The notes under the pieces: generated by a model
Told to the model about the DNA's origin: nothing
Seen by the model: only the letters and a program-made list of their open reading frames with translations
Databases searched by the model: none
Assembly: GCA_046725875.1 (NCBI GenBank)
Contig: JBKOZJ010000080.1
Span: forward strand, 1 to 55,323
DNA length: 55,323 bases
Origin: Actinomycetota bacterium
Lineage (GTDB): Bacteria > Actinomycetota > Actinomycetes > JAKEEW01
Direction: 5' to 3'
Program-made: the position numbers and the translations under genes
Part shown: piece by piece, positions 32,554 to 43,387 of the stretch
Layout of the letters: each line of letters begins with the position of its first letter
How positions within the stretch are numbered: position 1 is the stretch's first letter

Positions 32554-32901
32554 GTGGGCGTACTAGATCCCGAGGATCAGAAGCTCGTCACGCTGGCACG
32601 GTCGGCCCGCGCCCGGCTGTCCGCGGCCGAGGCATCCGCCGTGCGTGACACGACCGGGCGCACCTACATTGCGACTACCGTCGAGCTGCCGTCTCTGCGG
32701 CTCACTGCAGTGCAAGCGGCAGTTGTGATGGCCGTCTGTGGCGGCGCCACCGGTCTCGAGGCGGTGGTGCTGGTCAGCGACACTGGGATGCCGCCCGCGG
32801 GCCCCGATCTCGCGGCGGTGCGCGACCTCGGCGGCCCCCCGACCGCGGTCATCGTGGCCGGGCCAGACGGGACGGTCCGAACGTCGGTCGAGGCCGGCTA
32901 G
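32554..32901 (+). CDS. cytidine deaminase-like protein lacking the catalytic Zn motifs
   Basis: LDPEDQKLVTLARSAR, AVRDTTGRTY; lies just upstream of era. TACGGT -10 is 7 nt before the GTG. Confidence 0.8.
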   Translation: MGVLDPEDQKLVTLARSARARLSAAEASAVRDTTGRTYIATTVELPSLRLTAVQAAVVMAVCGGATGLEAVVLVSDTGMPPAGPDLAAVRDLGGPPTAVIVAGPDGTVRTSVEAG

Positions 32902-32926
32902 ACGCAGGTACGCCACACTTGAGCCC

Positions 32927-33922
32927 ATGAGCTCCAGCGGCGAGCGTCAAGGTGAGAGCGAGGAGGAGCCCGAGGCTGCGACCGGCAGTCCGGCGAGCGG
33001 CGCGGACTCGGAGTATCGAGCAGGCTTTGCCTGCCTGGTGGGCCGGCCGAACACTGGCAAGTCGACGCTCATAAACGCTCTCGTCGGAACCAAGGTTGCG
33101 ATCACATCGAGTCGTCCCCAGACGACCAGGCACACGATCCGAGGCATTGTCACCCGCCCCCATGCTCAGCTCGTCCTGGTCGACACCCCGGGCCTGCACC
33201 GGCCGCGGACATTGCTCGGCGAGCGCCTTAACGACCTGGTCCGGTCCACCCTCGCGGAGGTCGATGTCCTCGGGATGTGCATCCCGGCAGACGAGAACAT
33301 CGGTCCGGGCGACCGGTTCATCGCGACCGAGCTTGCGAAGGTGCCGCGGACGCCGGTGCTCGCACTGGTGACGAAGATCGACAGGGTGACCAAGGCAGCA
33401 CTGGCCGAGCAGCTGCTTGCCGTTGAGCGGCTCGGCGGCACGGAGGGCACGGAGTTCGCCGAGGTCGTACCCGTGTCGGCTCTGCGCGGCGAGCAGGTGG
33501 ACGTCGTCACCGACCTTCTGATCGCGCGGCTCCCCGCCGGTCCGCCGCTCTATCCAGCGGGTGAGCTGACCGACGAGCCCGAACAGGTGATGGTCGCCGA
33601 GCTCATCAGGGAGGCTGCGCTGGAGGGCGTGCGCGACGAGCTGCCGCACTCGCTCGCAGTCGTCGTGGACGAGATGGGGCTACGGGGGGGCCGGCCGGCC
33701 GACCGACCGCTGCTCGACATCTACGCGACCGTCTTCGTCGAGCGACCGAGCCAGAAGGCGATCGTGATTGGCGCCGGTGGTTCCCGGCTGCGCGCAGTCG
33801 GCATCGAGGCCCGGCGCCACATCGAAGCGCTCCTCGGGACGCCCATCTACCTCGACCTGCACGTGACCGTCGCCAAGGACTGGCAGCGCGACCCAAAGCA
33901 ACTCCGCAAACTCGGCTTCTAG
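32927..33922 (+). CDS. era: GTPase Era
   Basis: GRPNTGKST, PQTTR, DTPG, KH domain VERPSQKAIVIG, KQLRKLGF. Confidence 0.97.
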   Translation: MSSSGERQGESEEEPEAATGSPASGADSEYRAGFACLVGRPNTGKSTLINALVGTKVAITSSRPQTTRHTIRGIVTRPHAQLVLVDTPGLHRPRTLLGERLNDLVRSTLAEVDVLGMCIPADENIGPGDRFIATELAKVPRTPVLALVTKIDRVTKAALAEQLLAVERLGGTEGTEFAEVVPVSALRGEQVDVVTDLLIARLPAGPPLYPAGELTDEPEQVMVAELIREAALEGVRDELPHSLAVVVDEMGLRGGRPADRPLLDIYATVFVERPSQKAIVIGAGGSRLRAVGIEARRHIEALLGTPIYLDLHVTVAKDWQRDPKQLRKLGF

Positions 33923-34040
33923 CGCCGCCCAGACCGGAGCAGGAAGCACCGTCAAGCGACACGTTCGACTGGAGGTGCCCGACAGACAGCCGCAGGATCG
34001 ACTCAAGGTGCCCCACGACCGTGTTCCGCGCATCCCCCAG

Positions 34041-35078
34041 CTAGCTGACTGGCTTCGACCAGTCGTCCCAGAGCTCGGACGGGCGATACAGAAGCTGGCG
34101 GTTCACCCGCAGCATGGGCTCGTTGTCCGGATCGTTCCAGGTCTGGATCTCGCGGACCTCCGGCTCCTGCTCGGCGAACCAGAGCGCCATCGATGCCTTG
34201 AGGAGGAAGCCCAAGCGGTGACCCCGATGGGCGCGTAGGACCGTCGTGTCCCCTTGGTCGGCGCGGACGCCGCCCACTGCACAAACCTGCGTTGTACCGA
34301 CCAGCTCGCCAGTCGTGGTGTGCCGCGCGCAGATCACGTACTCCTTGACGCCGAGCCGCCGATGTAGCTCCTCGCAGCCGCGGAGAGCATCCGGCCGCGC
34401 ACGCGGGGGCTCGAAGTCCAGGCCGTCGGACACCGGAGCGTCGAGCATCCCGGCCTTTGCACTGACATAGGCGTCGAGGAGGTCATCCGGGCAGCGCGCG
34501 GTCCATCGGACGAGTGAATAGTGCGGTGCGGCCGCCTGAGCCCGCTCGACCAGGCGGCTCAGGCGACGCAGGTCGATCTGATCCAGCCGCTGAACGCTAC
34601 GCAGCAGGGTCTGCACGTGCTCCGCACTCATCGCGTCGGCGAACTCGGCCGCGGCGTCGGAGCGCGGTCCGCCGATGTTCAGCGTGCGCCGCCCCTCCGC
34701 TCGGGCGCGCTCGAGCGCGTGCGCGTAAAGAGCAGATCCGAGGCCTCGACGACGGGCATCCGGGCGCACATGCAGTCGCCCCCAGGCCAGGTGCCGGTTG
34801 TGGTCGTCGAAGAGCTGCAGGTTGAGGCTGGCGGCGATGCCGTTCGAGTCCCGGACCACCCACGTCTCGGTCCGGGTGCCCGGCTCGGGATAAAGCCACC
34901 AAGTGGTATGCGGCCGGGTCAGCGGCGGATCGTACGGCAAGTCGTAGCCGTCGACCTCGACCCGGAACCGCCACCATCGGTCCCTCGAGACCGGGCTGTC
35001 CGGGTCGAGCAGCTCGACGTCCGGTGCGCCAGTCGCCGGCTCTGACCACAGCGTTTCCACATGCCAAGCGAACCGCAC
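34041..35078 (-). CDS. tandem GNAT family N-acetyltransferase
   Basis: Two acetyl-CoA motifs (VRPDARRRGLG, VLRAHRGHRLG) and TWNDPDNEPMLRVN. Confidence 0.85.
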   Translation of the reverse strand: MRFAWHVETLWSEPATGAPDVELLDPDSPVSRDRWWRFRVEVDGYDLPYDPPLTRPHTTWWLYPEPGTRTETWVVRDSNGIAASLNLQLFDDHNRHLAWGRLHVRPDARRRGLGSALYAHALERARAEGRRTLNIGGPRSDAAAEFADAMSAEHVQTLLRSVQRLDQIDLRRLSRLVERAQAAAPHYSLVRWTARCPDDLLDAYVSAKAGMLDAPVSDGLDFEPPRARPDALRGCEELHRRLGVKEYVICARHTTTGELVGTTQVCAVGGVRADQGDTTVLRAHRGHRLGFLLKASMALWFAEQEPEVREIQTWNDPDNEPMLRVNRQLLYRPSELWDDWSKPVS

Positions 35079-35219
35079 CCCGCCCGGTTCGGCTAGCCGT
35101 TATCGCTTACCTCCTACCTGACCGTTTATGGCCTGACGGCACTGAGGTACTGCGAGTTGATCTTCGACACCCACCCGCCGGTGGCGGTCTCCGTCGGCTT
35201 GTTGGCGGAGAATGAGCCG

Positions 35220-35951
35220 GTGGGCTTGTACCGTGACGAGGCGATAGTTCTCCGTACCCAGAAGTTGGGCGAGGCCGATCGCATCGTCACGATGCTCACC
35301 AGGCAGCACGGCCGGGTTCGCGCGGTGGCGAAAGGGGTGCGCCGGACAACGTCCAGATTCGGAGCCCGGCTGGAGCCGTTCTCCCGGGTCGACTTGCAGC
35401 TCGCCACCGGGCGGTCGCTGGAAATCGTGAGCCAGGCCGAGTCGCTAGACGCCTTCGGGGCGGCGATCGCCGACGACTACCCCCGCTACACGGCCGGGAC
35501 AGCGATGCTGGAGACGGCCGAGACGCTGACCGACGAGGAGCGGGAGCCGGCCCTCCAGCTCTACCTGCTGCTTGCTAACGGCTTGCGTGCCCTGGCTGCG
35601 GGGGCACATGACCCAGGCCTCGTCATGGACGCGTTCTTGCTCCGAGCGCTCGCCGTCTCGGGATACGCGCCGCGCTTCGGCACTTGTGTACGGTGCGGGG
35701 CGCCGGGGCCGAACCCGTACCTCGCCGTTCAGTCCGGTGGCGCGGCGTGCCAGGCCTGCCGCCCGCCGGGTGCGGTGGCGCCGGCGCCGGAGACGATGAT
35801 TCTGCTCGCGGCCCTGCTGAGCGGGGAGTGGCCGGTAGCCGACGCAAGCGAGCTGCGCCATCGGCGGGAGGCGAGCGGGATCGTCGCGGCCTACCTGCAG
35901 TGGCACCTCGAGCGGGGGGTGCGCTCTCTTCGGCTGGTGGAGCGGGCATGA
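35220..35951 (+). CDS. recO: DNA repair protein RecO
   Basis: [28 protein letters not shown], CxxC...CxxC. Confidence 0.96.
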   Translation: MGLYRDEAIVLRTQKLGEADRIVTMLTRQHGRVRAVAKGVRRTTSRFGARLEPFSRVDLQLATGRSLEIVSQAESLDAFGAAIADDYPRYTAGTAMLETAETLTDEEREPALQLYLLLANGLRALAAGAHDPGLVMDAFLLRALAVSGYAPRFGTCVRCGAPGPNPYLAVQSGGAACQACRPPGAVAPAPETMILLAALLSGEWPVADASELRHRREASGIVAAYLQWHLERGVRSLRLVERA

Positions 35952-36898
35952 TCGACGGCGATTCTGCCGGCGGCGGCCAGGGCCGCACCGGGCGGGGCGC
36001 GGTGGTTCGCCGCGCTCGTCGGATGATGGGGCGCTCGGCGCCGGCACCGCAGTCGCACGCCGGTCCCGCCGAGCCGCGTCTGCCGTCGCCCCACCCGAGC
36101 GGGACCCGCCCACCCGAAATCCCGGCCGAGCTCGTGCCCCAGCACGTGGCAATCGTTATGGACGGCAACGGTCGCTGGGCCCGCCAGCGCGGGCTGGCGC
36201 GGACAGCTGGCCACGAGGCGGGCGAGGCCGCGCTCTTCGACGTGATCGAGGGTGCCATCGAGATCGGCGTGAAGTACCTGTCGGCATATGCGTTCTCGAC
36301 CGAGAACTGGCGTCGCTCGCCCGACGAGGTGCGCTTCCTGATGGGCTTCAACCGGGATGTGATCCACCGCCGCCGGGACGAGCTGCACGCGATGGGCGTG
36401 CGCATCCGCTGGGCCGGGCGCCGCCCGCGACTGTGGCGCAGCGTCATCAACGAGCTGGAGTATGCCGAGCGGCTGAGCCGGCACAACAGCGTGCTCACCC
36501 TGCAGTTTTGTGTGAACTACGGCGGTCGGGCCGAGATCGCGGACGCGGCGGCGGCCATCGCCCGGGAGGCAGCAGCGGGCCGGCTCGACCCCGACCGGGT
36601 GGACGAGAAGGTCGTGCGCCGCTACCTCGACGAGCCGGACGTCCCCGACGTCGACTTGTTCGTACGGTCGTCGGGGGAGCAGCGGTTCTCCAACTTCCTG
36701 CTGTGGCAGTCGGCGTATGCCGAGATGGTCTTCCTCGACACTCTGTGGCCCGACTTCGACCGGCGCGACCTCTGGAAGGCGATCGAGATCTACGCCAGCC
36801 GCGACCGGCGCTACGGCGGCGCGGTCCCGAACCCGATGTCCAAGGCGCCAAGCACTTCGCCTACCGGGGGCCGGCGTTGGGGTCGGGACGAGCTCTAG
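35948..36898 (+). CDS. uppS: isoprenyl transferase (undecaprenyl/decaprenyl diphosphate synthase)
   Basis: [43 protein letters not shown] overlap with recO; start uncertain. Confidence 0.94.
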   Translation: MIDGDSAGGGQGRTGRGAVVRRARRMMGRSAPAPQSHAGPAEPRLPSPHPSGTRPPEIPAELVPQHVAIVMDGNGRWARQRGLARTAGHEAGEAALFDVIEGAIEIGVKYLSAYAFSTENWRRSPDEVRFLMGFNRDVIHRRRDELHAMGVRIRWAGRRPRLWRSVINELEYAERLSRHNSVLTLQFCVNYGGRAEIADAAAAIAREAAAGRLDPDRVDEKVVRRYLDEPDVPDVDLFVRSSGEQRFSNFLLWQSAYAEMVFLDTLWPDFDRRDLWKAIEIYASRDRRYGGAVPNPMSKAPSTSPTGGRRWGRDEL

Positions 36899-36953
36899 AA
36901 CAGGTGACGAGCGCTGCCTCAGGTAGGGCCTGGGCCGATGTCTGGTCCGCTGG

Positions 36954-37367
36954 TCAGGTAGCGGCGCAGTCTGGGCACGTGCCGAAGATCTCGACCGTGT
37001 GGGTGACCTTGACGAACCCGTGCTCGGCGCCGACCTTCGCGGCCCACCGCTCCACCGCCGGCCCTTCGACCTCGACCGTGCGTCCGCATTGGCGGCACAC
37101 CAGGTGATGGTGGTGGTTTGTCGAGCAGCGCCGATAGACAGACTCGCCGTCGCCGGTGCGCAGTACGTCGACCTTGCCGGAGTCGGCGAGCGACTGGAGG
37201 GTCCGGTACACCGTCGTCAACCCCACCGAGTCGCCCCGAGATCGGAGGATCGCGTGAATGTCCTGGGCGCTGCGGAAGTCGTCGATCTCGTCGAGCACCG
37301 ACGCGACGGCCGCCCGCTGCCGGGTCGCTCGCGCCCGGGTGGCGCGGACAGCGTCATCGGTCGGCAC
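36954..37367 (-). CDS. zur: zinc uptake regulator (Fur family)
   Basis: VGLTTVYRTL, HHHHLVCRQC, GTCPDC; last gene of the znu operon. Start set at GTG 37367. Confidence 0.9.
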   Translation of the reverse strand: MPTDDAVRATRARATRQRAAVASVLDEIDDFRSAQDIHAILRSRGDSVGLTTVYRTLQSLADSGKVDVLRTGDGESVYRRCSTNHHHHLVCRQCGRTVEVEGPAVERWAAKVGAEHGFVKVTHTVEIFGTCPDCAAT

Positions 37368-37456
37368 GGCATACTCCCTAAAAGCTCCGAGAACGCTCAC
37401 AAGCGGCCACGTAGACCCTGCTTCCATTGTCCCAACCGGGCACGGCGCCGGTGCCG

Positions 37457-38389
37457 TCAGTCACGGCCACCCGCGGTTCCGATAGCAACGTCGTCCTCGT
37501 GCAGCTCGATCTCCTGAACCCGTCGTCGGCGCAGCGCCGCCGTGATCAATGTGACCAGAGTGAAGCCACCGATGGCCAGCAGCACGATGCTCGCGCCGGA
37601 GGCCGTGTCCGCGTAATAGGAGAAGGTCACGCCGGACACGGCGTACAAAACCCCGAGCGCGATGGCAAGCCAGAGCGTCGCGCGGAAGCCGCGGGTGAGC
37701 TGCTGGGCGGTGGCCACCGGCACCACCATGAGCGCGCTGATCAACAAGACGCCGACGACGCGCATCGCCACCGTCACCGTCACCGCCGCCGCGACGGCCA
37801 GTAGAAGGTTGAGCCGGGCGACCGGGAGGCCCGTGACCTTGGCGTACTCCTCGTCCTGGCACACCGCGAACAGCGGGCGGGACAAGCCGAGGGCGACGGC
37901 GAGGACGGCGAAGGCCAGGATCGCGATGGCCAGCAAGTCGTCGGGGGCGACCGTGGTCAACGAGCCGAAAAGATAGGACTGCAGGTTCGCCGGGCTCCCC
38001 GAGTCGGATAGGCCGACCAGGACGACACCGCCCGCGATCCCGCCATAGAACAGCAGTGCCAAAGCGACATCCCCGCTCGTTGCCGCGCGGGCCCGGACGA
38101 TCTCGACCGCCGTTGCGCCGATGGTTGCGATGATGACCGCGGTCCACACCGGAGCGGTATTGAGTAGCAGCCCAAGGCCCACGCCGAGCAAGGCAACGTG
38201 ACCGATGCCGTCGCCCATCAACGCCATTCGCCGCTGGACGAGATAGATGCCGATGGTCGGCGCGACCAGCCCGACCAGGATGGCGGCGACCACGGCGCGC
38301 TGCATGAAAGCCGGCTGGAGGAACTCGGGCAGCGCGGCGTGGGCGCCGAGCACCGGGCCTGCCATCACCGTCGTGGTCAGCGCAGCCAT
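37457..38389 (-). CDS. znuB: zinc ABC transporter permease
   Basis: RRMALMGDGIGHVAL, SYLFGS, VGVLLISALMVVP. Confidence 0.9.
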   Translation of the reverse strand: MAALTTTVMAGPVLGAHAALPEFLQPAFMQRAVVAAILVGLVAPTIGIYLVQRRMALMGDGIGHVALLGVGLGLLLNTAPVWTAVIIATIGATAVEIVRARAATSGDVALALLFYGGIAGGVVLVGLSDSGSPANLQSYLFGSLTTVAPDDLLAIAILAFAVLAVALGLSRPLFAVCQDEEYAKVTGLPVARLNLLLAVAAAVTVTVAMRVVGVLLISALMVVPVATAQQLTRGFRATLWLAIALGVLYAVSGVTFSYYADTASGASIVLLAIGGFTLVTLITAALRRRRVQEIELHEDDVAIGTAGGRD

Positions 38390-39228
38390 CCCGGCTCCTC
38401 GGCCGGGGCATGCGGGTGCACGTGATCGTGCCCCGGGTCGGCGTGATAACCGATCGCGGGGAGGGGGGCGCCATCGTGGACGATCTCACCGTCCCGCAAG
38501 ACGACCGCTCGCTCGATGAGCGAGGCGAGCGGACCGAGTTCGTGGAGTACGAGCAGGATCGTGGTGCCGTTCGACCGGAGGCTGGCCAGGGTATCGGCGA
38601 GCGCTCGCTGGCTGGCGAGATCAATACCGGCCATCGGCTCATCGAGGATGAGCAGCTGCGGGCCGGCCGCGAGGGCACGCGCGATGAGTACTCGCTGCTG
38701 CTGGCCGCCCGAGAGCCGGGCGACGCTCTCGCGTGCCCGGCCCGCGAGCCCGACGGTCTTCAGAGCAGCATCGATTGCCGCTCGGTCGGCTCGGGTCAAT
38801 CGACCGAAGACACGGGTGTGCGCGAGCCGGCCGGACGCCACCAGCTCGCGAACGGTCGCCGGTACGCCGGCGGCCGCCGTGGTGCGTTGCGGGACATACC
38901 CCACTTTTTGCCAGTCATGGAAGCGCTCGAGTGGCGTACCGAACAGCCAGGCCTCACCCGCATCGAGTGGCACGAGCCCTACCAGGGCACGAACCAGCGT
39001 GGACTTGCCGGAGCCGTTCGCGCCGAGCAGCGCGACCACCTCACCTTTGGAGACGGTCATGTTCACGTTGCGGAGGACCGTCCGACCGCCAAGCGCGACC
39101 ACGGCGCCGTCGACCATGGCCACCACACGGGTCGCCTCACCCGGCTGCGCGAGAGTGTCGGGCGCGCCAGGACTGACGGGCCTTTCTGTAGTCATCGGCC
39201 CGTTTCGGTTTCCTGGCGTTCGGTTCAC
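38377..39228 (-). CDS. znuC: zinc ABC transporter ATP-binding protein
   Basis: GANGSGKST, LSGGQQQR, ILDEP, His-rich tail. Confidence 0.9.
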   Translation of the reverse strand: MNRTPGNRNGPMTTERPVSPGAPDTLAQPGEATRVVAMVDGAVVALGGRTVLRNVNMTVSKGEVVALLGANGSGKSTLVRALVGLVPLDAGEAWLFGTPLERFHDWQKVGYVPQRTTAAAGVPATVRELVASGRLAHTRVFGRLTRADRAAIDAALKTVGLAGRARESVARLSGGQQQRVLIARALAAGPQLLILDEPMAGIDLASQRALADTLASLRSNGTTILLVLHELGPLASLIERAVVLRDGEIVHDGAPLPAIGYHADPGHDHVHPHAPAEEPGWLR

Positions 39229-40172
39229 TGGCAGGGCCCCAGGGCTTTCTGCAGAGCGGCGAGGTTCGCCCGCATCAGACTGAAGTAGTCGTCCCGGCCA
39301 GTGTCCTTGATTCCCTCGATCGGATCGAGTACGGCGGTCGTCGCACCGGTGTCCCGCGCGATCGTCTCGGCCAGGTCCGGGCTGACCAGGGTCTCGAAGA
39401 ATATCGTGGTGATACCGCGGTCGCGGACCTCCTGCTGGATCTGCTCGATTCTGGCGGGCGGTGGCTCCGCTTCGGGCGACAGGCCGGCGATCGGGATCTG
39501 CTCCAGGCCGTAGCGTGCGGCGAAATAGCCGAACGCTGCGTGCGAGGTGACGAAATCGCTCTGCTGGCAGCTGCCCAGGCCGTTGCTGAGTTCGTTGTCG
39601 AGGTCGGTTAGGCGGGTCGTCAACGCTCGTGCGCGGGCGCGGAACTCGGCCGCATGGCTTGGGTCGAGCGTCGCGAGACGATCGCCCACCGCGGTGGTGA
39701 CGGATGCCAGCTTCGTCGGGTCGAGCCAGATGTGCGGGTCACCGGTGACGTGCTGCTCCTCGTGGCCGTCCTCGCTGTGGTCGGTTTCTTCTTCCCCTGG
39801 CGGAGCCGGTCGGTCGAGGGGCACGACGGTGCTCACGTCCAATGCGTGCGCCGGTTGGTTCTGGTCGATCGCCTCGTCGACGGCTGGCTGGAAGCCCTTC
39901 AGGTAGATCGCGAAATCCGCCTCGGCGATGTCGTTCACTTGCCGCGGTGTCAGTTCGAGGTCGTGCGGCTCGGCGCCGGGCTTGGTCAGGTTCTGCACGG
40001 TCACGTCGGCGCCACCGACCTGCTCGGCCACGAAGGCGAACGGGTAGAACGCGGCGACCACATTCACTTTGCCCGTTGTCTGCGAGGAAGCCGGGTCGTC
40101 GCTGCACGCCGTCACGGCGAGCAGAGCGAGGGCGGGCGCGGATGCCACGGCGCCGATCCGCCTAAGCATCAT
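39225..40172 (-). CDS. znuA: zinc ABC transporter substrate-binding lipoprotein
   Basis: Lipobox LAVTAC, GAEPHD, His/Glu-rich loop, DPHIWLDP, SHAAFGYF. Start set at ATG 40172 (leaderless). Confidence 0.92.
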   Translation of the reverse strand: MMLRRIGAVASAPALALLAVTACSDDPASSQTTGKVNVVAAFYPFAFVAEQVGGADVTVQNLTKPGAEPHDLELTPRQVNDIAEADFAIYLKGFQPAVDEAIDQNQPAHALDVSTVVPLDRPAPPGEEETDHSEDGHEEQHVTGDPHIWLDPTKLASVTTAVGDRLATLDPSHAAEFRARARALTTRLTDLDNELSNGLGSCQQSDFVTSHAAFGYFAARYGLEQIPIAGLSPEAEPPPARIEQIQQEVRDRGITTIFFETLVSPDLAETIARDTGATTAVLDPIEGIKDTGRDDYFSLMRANLAALQKALGPCQ

Positions 40173-40208
40173 GACAATCATTTTCATTTATGCGTCCCGT
40201 ATTGTCAA
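40171..40208 (-). promoter_or_regulatory. Zur box overlapping the znuA promoter
   Basis: Near-palindrome ATGACAATCATTTTCAT (40171-40187). Minus strand TTGACA (40208-40203), 17 nt, GAAAAT (40185-40180). Confidence 0.88.
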
Positions 40209-40259
40209 CCGAGGCGGGCCGGTGGTCGCCGCATCTCGAGGCGAGATAGGAAACAGATC

Positions 40260-41063
40260 ATGACCGATGCGCACACCGCGGCCGACTTGACCGTCGTACT
40301 GTCCGAATCTGGCGCCAAGATGCCGCTGCTCGGGTTGGGCACCTGGCAGCTGCGGGGTGGCTCCGCTCGGCGCGCGGTTGCTTGGGCGCTCGAGGCCGGC
40401 TACCGGCACATCGACACGGCGACGATGTACGGCAACGAGGTCGAGGTCGGCGCGGCCGTCGCCGCCAGTGGCCTGGACCGAGCCGACGTCTTCATCACGA
40501 CGAAGATGCCGCCCCAGGCCGCTGGTGGCGGGGAACGCCGGACTCTCCAGCAGAGCCTGCGTGCGCTCGGCACTGATTATGTTGATCTCTGGTTGGTTCA
40601 CTGGCCACCCCGCGGGCTTGCTGGAGTCGACGCGTGGCGAGAGTTCGTACGGGCGCAGGCGGATGGGCTCGCCCGGTCGATCGGGGTCAGTAACTACTCC
40701 CTCGGCGTGATCGACCAGCTCAGGGCCGAGACCCGGGTGACGCCCGCGGTAAATCAGATCCGCTGGAGCCCGTTCCTGTTCGACGCGGACGCGCTGGCCG
40801 CTAGCCGGGAGCGCGGGGTGGTCCTGGAGGGCTACAGCCCGTTCCGGGCCGGCCGGCTCAGCCACCCCGTGCTCACGGACATCGCGGCACGGCACGGGAA
40901 GAACACCGCGCAGGTCGTGGTGCGGTGGCACCTGCAGCACGGCATCGGCGTCATACCGAAGTCGGCCCGGCGGGAGCGAATCATCGCAAACGCCGACGTC
41001 TTCGACTTCGAGCTGACCGCGGACGAGATGGCCGCGCTAGATGCGCTCGGCCGCGCACGCTGA
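40260..41063 (+). CDS. aldo/keto reductase
   Basis: MPLLGLGTWQ, GYRHIDTATMY, DLWLVHWP, IGVSNY, IPKS. Confidence 0.93.
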   Translation: MTDAHTAADLTVVLSESGAKMPLLGLGTWQLRGGSARRAVAWALEAGYRHIDTATMYGNEVEVGAAVAASGLDRADVFITTKMPPQAAGGGERRTLQQSLRALGTDYVDLWLVHWPPRGLAGVDAWREFVRAQADGLARSIGVSNYSLGVIDQLRAETRVTPAVNQIRWSPFLFDADALAASRERGVVLEGYSPFRAGRLSHPVLTDIAARHGKNTAQVVVRWHLQHGIGVIPKSARRERIIANADVFDFELTADEMAALDALGRAR

Positions 41064-41105
41064 CCCGCAGTCGTGCTGCCCTGGCCCGCCGCTGATCGCG
41101 GCGGG

Positions 41106-41420
41106 TCAGGTCACGAGCTCGATCACGGCGGCAGCGGCGACCAGGCCGACACCGAGAAACCGCAGTAGCCTCGCGCGGCGATCGAGCACCGGCCAGGAGA
41201 GCAGAGCCAGCCAGCTGAGGAAGACGGCGACCAGGCCGAGCAGCACGAAGCCGACCACCCCGCCGGCGATCAGGCCGACCACGGCCAGCACGAGCATGAT
41301 CAACGGCACGAGCCACGACGGCAGCCTGTGCAGCCGGATCAGGAGCGGACCGCTTGCGCGCTCCAGCGCACGCCGTGCCCCCGATGGACTACTCCGCCGC
41401 CCCTGCCCACCCGTTGCCAC
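41106..41420 (-). CDS. small membrane protein (actinobacterial, commonly next to glyQS)
   Basis: 104-aa ORF with about three hydrophobic segments (WLALLSWP). Confidence 0.7.
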   Translation of the reverse strand: MATGGQGRRSSPSGARRALERASGPLLIRLHRLPSWLVPLIMLVLAVVGLIAGGVVGFVLLGLVAVFLSWLALLSWPVLDRRARLLRFLGVGLVAAAAVIELVT

Positions 41421-41911
41421 CTGAGTCGTCCCGCCCCTTGCCTGTTGAGAGTCGGCTGCCCCAGACCACTGGGAAGAGCGACCGTGCCCGAGTGGGGAGG
41501 TCCCTTCCTAGCCCGAGCCACAGAACCCGGATTCGGGCATACCCTACGCCGGAACGTCGCGGATCTTGCCTACTCTCTGCCGGATCGGCGACAGCGGGAT
41601 CGACAGACCGAGCGGCCGACCCCTGTCGGGGGTTTCGAGGTGTCGCGACGGCCGTTCGGGCCGCAGATGTCCACCAAGCGGGCCCAGAAATCCGCGACGC
41701 GGCCGGTGCCGCCAACCCGGGGACCGGTGGCTTACCGTAGATATTGGAGAGAGAGGCACCAGGCCAGACCGGTAGTCTTGGCGCTTCGTTCCGTACAAAG
41801 GATCTCGCCCAAGACGGGGACCGTAGCCGGACCCGGGGTTTCCAGGGGGTCTTCCCTCGGGGCTCCCGACAGGACCCCTCGCCGACACCCAGCCGGATGG
41901 AGTGCTGACAA

Positions 41912-43300
41912 GTGCCTGCCGATCTTCTGGACACGATCGTCAACCTGAGCAAGCGCCGCGGTTTCGTCTTCCCGTCGAGCGAGATCTATGGGGGCCAGCG
42001 CTCGTCCTGGGACTACGGCCCGCTCGGTGTCGAGCTCAAGGAGAACATCAGGCGTCAGTGGTGGCGCGCGATGGTCCAGACCCGCGACGACATCGTCGGC
42101 GTGGACACCTCGGTGATCCTCGCGCCTGAGGTGTGGGTCGCATCCGGACATGTCGAGGCGTTCGTTGATCCGCTCACCGAGTGCCTCAACTGCCACCGGC
42201 GATGGCGGGCCGATCAGCTGATCGACGCCTACGAGGAGAAGCACGGCCACCCGCCGGAGCACGGCCTCGCCGACATCAACTGCCCGCATTGCGGCACCAA
42301 GGGCCGGTTCACCGAGCCGCGGATGTTCAACGCGCTGGTCCGGACGCATCTCGGCCCGGTCGAGGACGACGCGTCGCTTGCCTACCTTCGACCCGAGACC
42401 GCGCAGGGAATCTTCGTCAACTTTGTCAACGTCATGCAGTCGGCTCGGCGGAAGCCGCCGTTCGGCATCGCCCAAACCGGCAAGTCGTTCCGCAATGAGA
42501 TCACGCCGGGCAACTTCATCTTCCGTACCCGGGAGTTCGAGCAAATGGAGATGGAGTATTTCGTCCGGCCGGGCACCGACGAGGAATGGCACGAGTACTG
42601 GCTCGCCGAGCGCTGGCGGTGGTACACCGACCTCGGCATCGCCGATGAGAACCTCAGGTTCTACGAGCACCCGCAGGAGAAGCTGTCGCACTACTCCAAG
42701 CGGACGGTCGACATCGAGTATCGCTTTGGTACTGGCGGCTCGGAGTTCGCCGAGCTCGAGGGCATCGCAAACCGCACGGACTTTGATCTCATGACGCATG
42801 CGAAACACTCTGGCGCCGACCTGACCTACTTCGACCAGGAGACCGGTGAGCGTTGGACGCCGTACGTCGTTGAGCCGGCGGCCGGCCTGACCCGCTGTGT
42901 GCTTGCGTTCCTCATGGACGCGTACGCCGAGGACGAGGCGCCGAACGCCAAGGGCGTGATGGAGAAGCGCACGGTACTGAGGCTCGACCAGCGGCTGGCG
43001 CCGGTGAAGGTGGCCGTGCTCCCGCTGTCCCGCAACCCAGAGCTGTCACCGAAGGCCCGCGACCTCGCCGCGGAGCTGCGCCAGCTCTGGAACGTGGAGT
43101 TCGACGACGCCGGCGCGATCGGCCGCCGCTACCGCAGGCAGGACGAAATCGGCACGCCCTACTGCGTCACCGTCGACTTCGACACTCTGGACGACGCCGC
43201 GGTGACCGTGCGTGAGCGTGACTCGATGAAACAGGATCGCTTGCCGATCGCCCAGGTGAAGGCCTACCTCGGAGATCGCATCACTGAACTCCACCGCTGA
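41912..43300 (+). CDS. glyQS: glycine--tRNA ligase (alpha2 type)
   Basis: [58 protein letters not shown]. Confidence 0.98.
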   Translation: MPADLLDTIVNLSKRRGFVFPSSEIYGGQRSSWDYGPLGVELKENIRRQWWRAMVQTRDDIVGVDTSVILAPEVWVASGHVEAFVDPLTECLNCHRRWRADQLIDAYEEKHGHPPEHGLADINCPHCGTKGRFTEPRMFNALVRTHLGPVEDDASLAYLRPETAQGIFVNFVNVMQSARRKPPFGIAQTGKSFRNEITPGNFIFRTREFEQMEMEYFVRPGTDEEWHEYWLAERWRWYTDLGIADENLRFYEHPQEKLSHYSKRTVDIEYRFGTGGSEFAELEGIANRTDFDLMTHAKHSGADLTYFDQETGERWTPYVVEPAAGLTRCVLAFLMDAYAEDEAPNAKGVMEKRTVLRLDQRLAPVKVAVLPLSRNPELSPKARDLAAELRQLWNVEFDDAGAIGRRYRRQDEIGTPYCVTVDFDTLDDAAVTVRERDSMKQDRLPIAQVKAYLGDRITELHR

Positions 43301-43387
43301 GCTTGGCGCCCCACCTTCGTGGCTCCGTCGCCGCACATGCTGGTCCGCGGATTGGCTGACGTGGCGCGCGGCGGTGCCTGGCCAGTG

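Noticed and set aside
41421..41911. T-box or glycine leader peptide upstream of glyQS
   Set aside because: No T-box motif, no U-tailed terminator and no Gly-run short ORF found.
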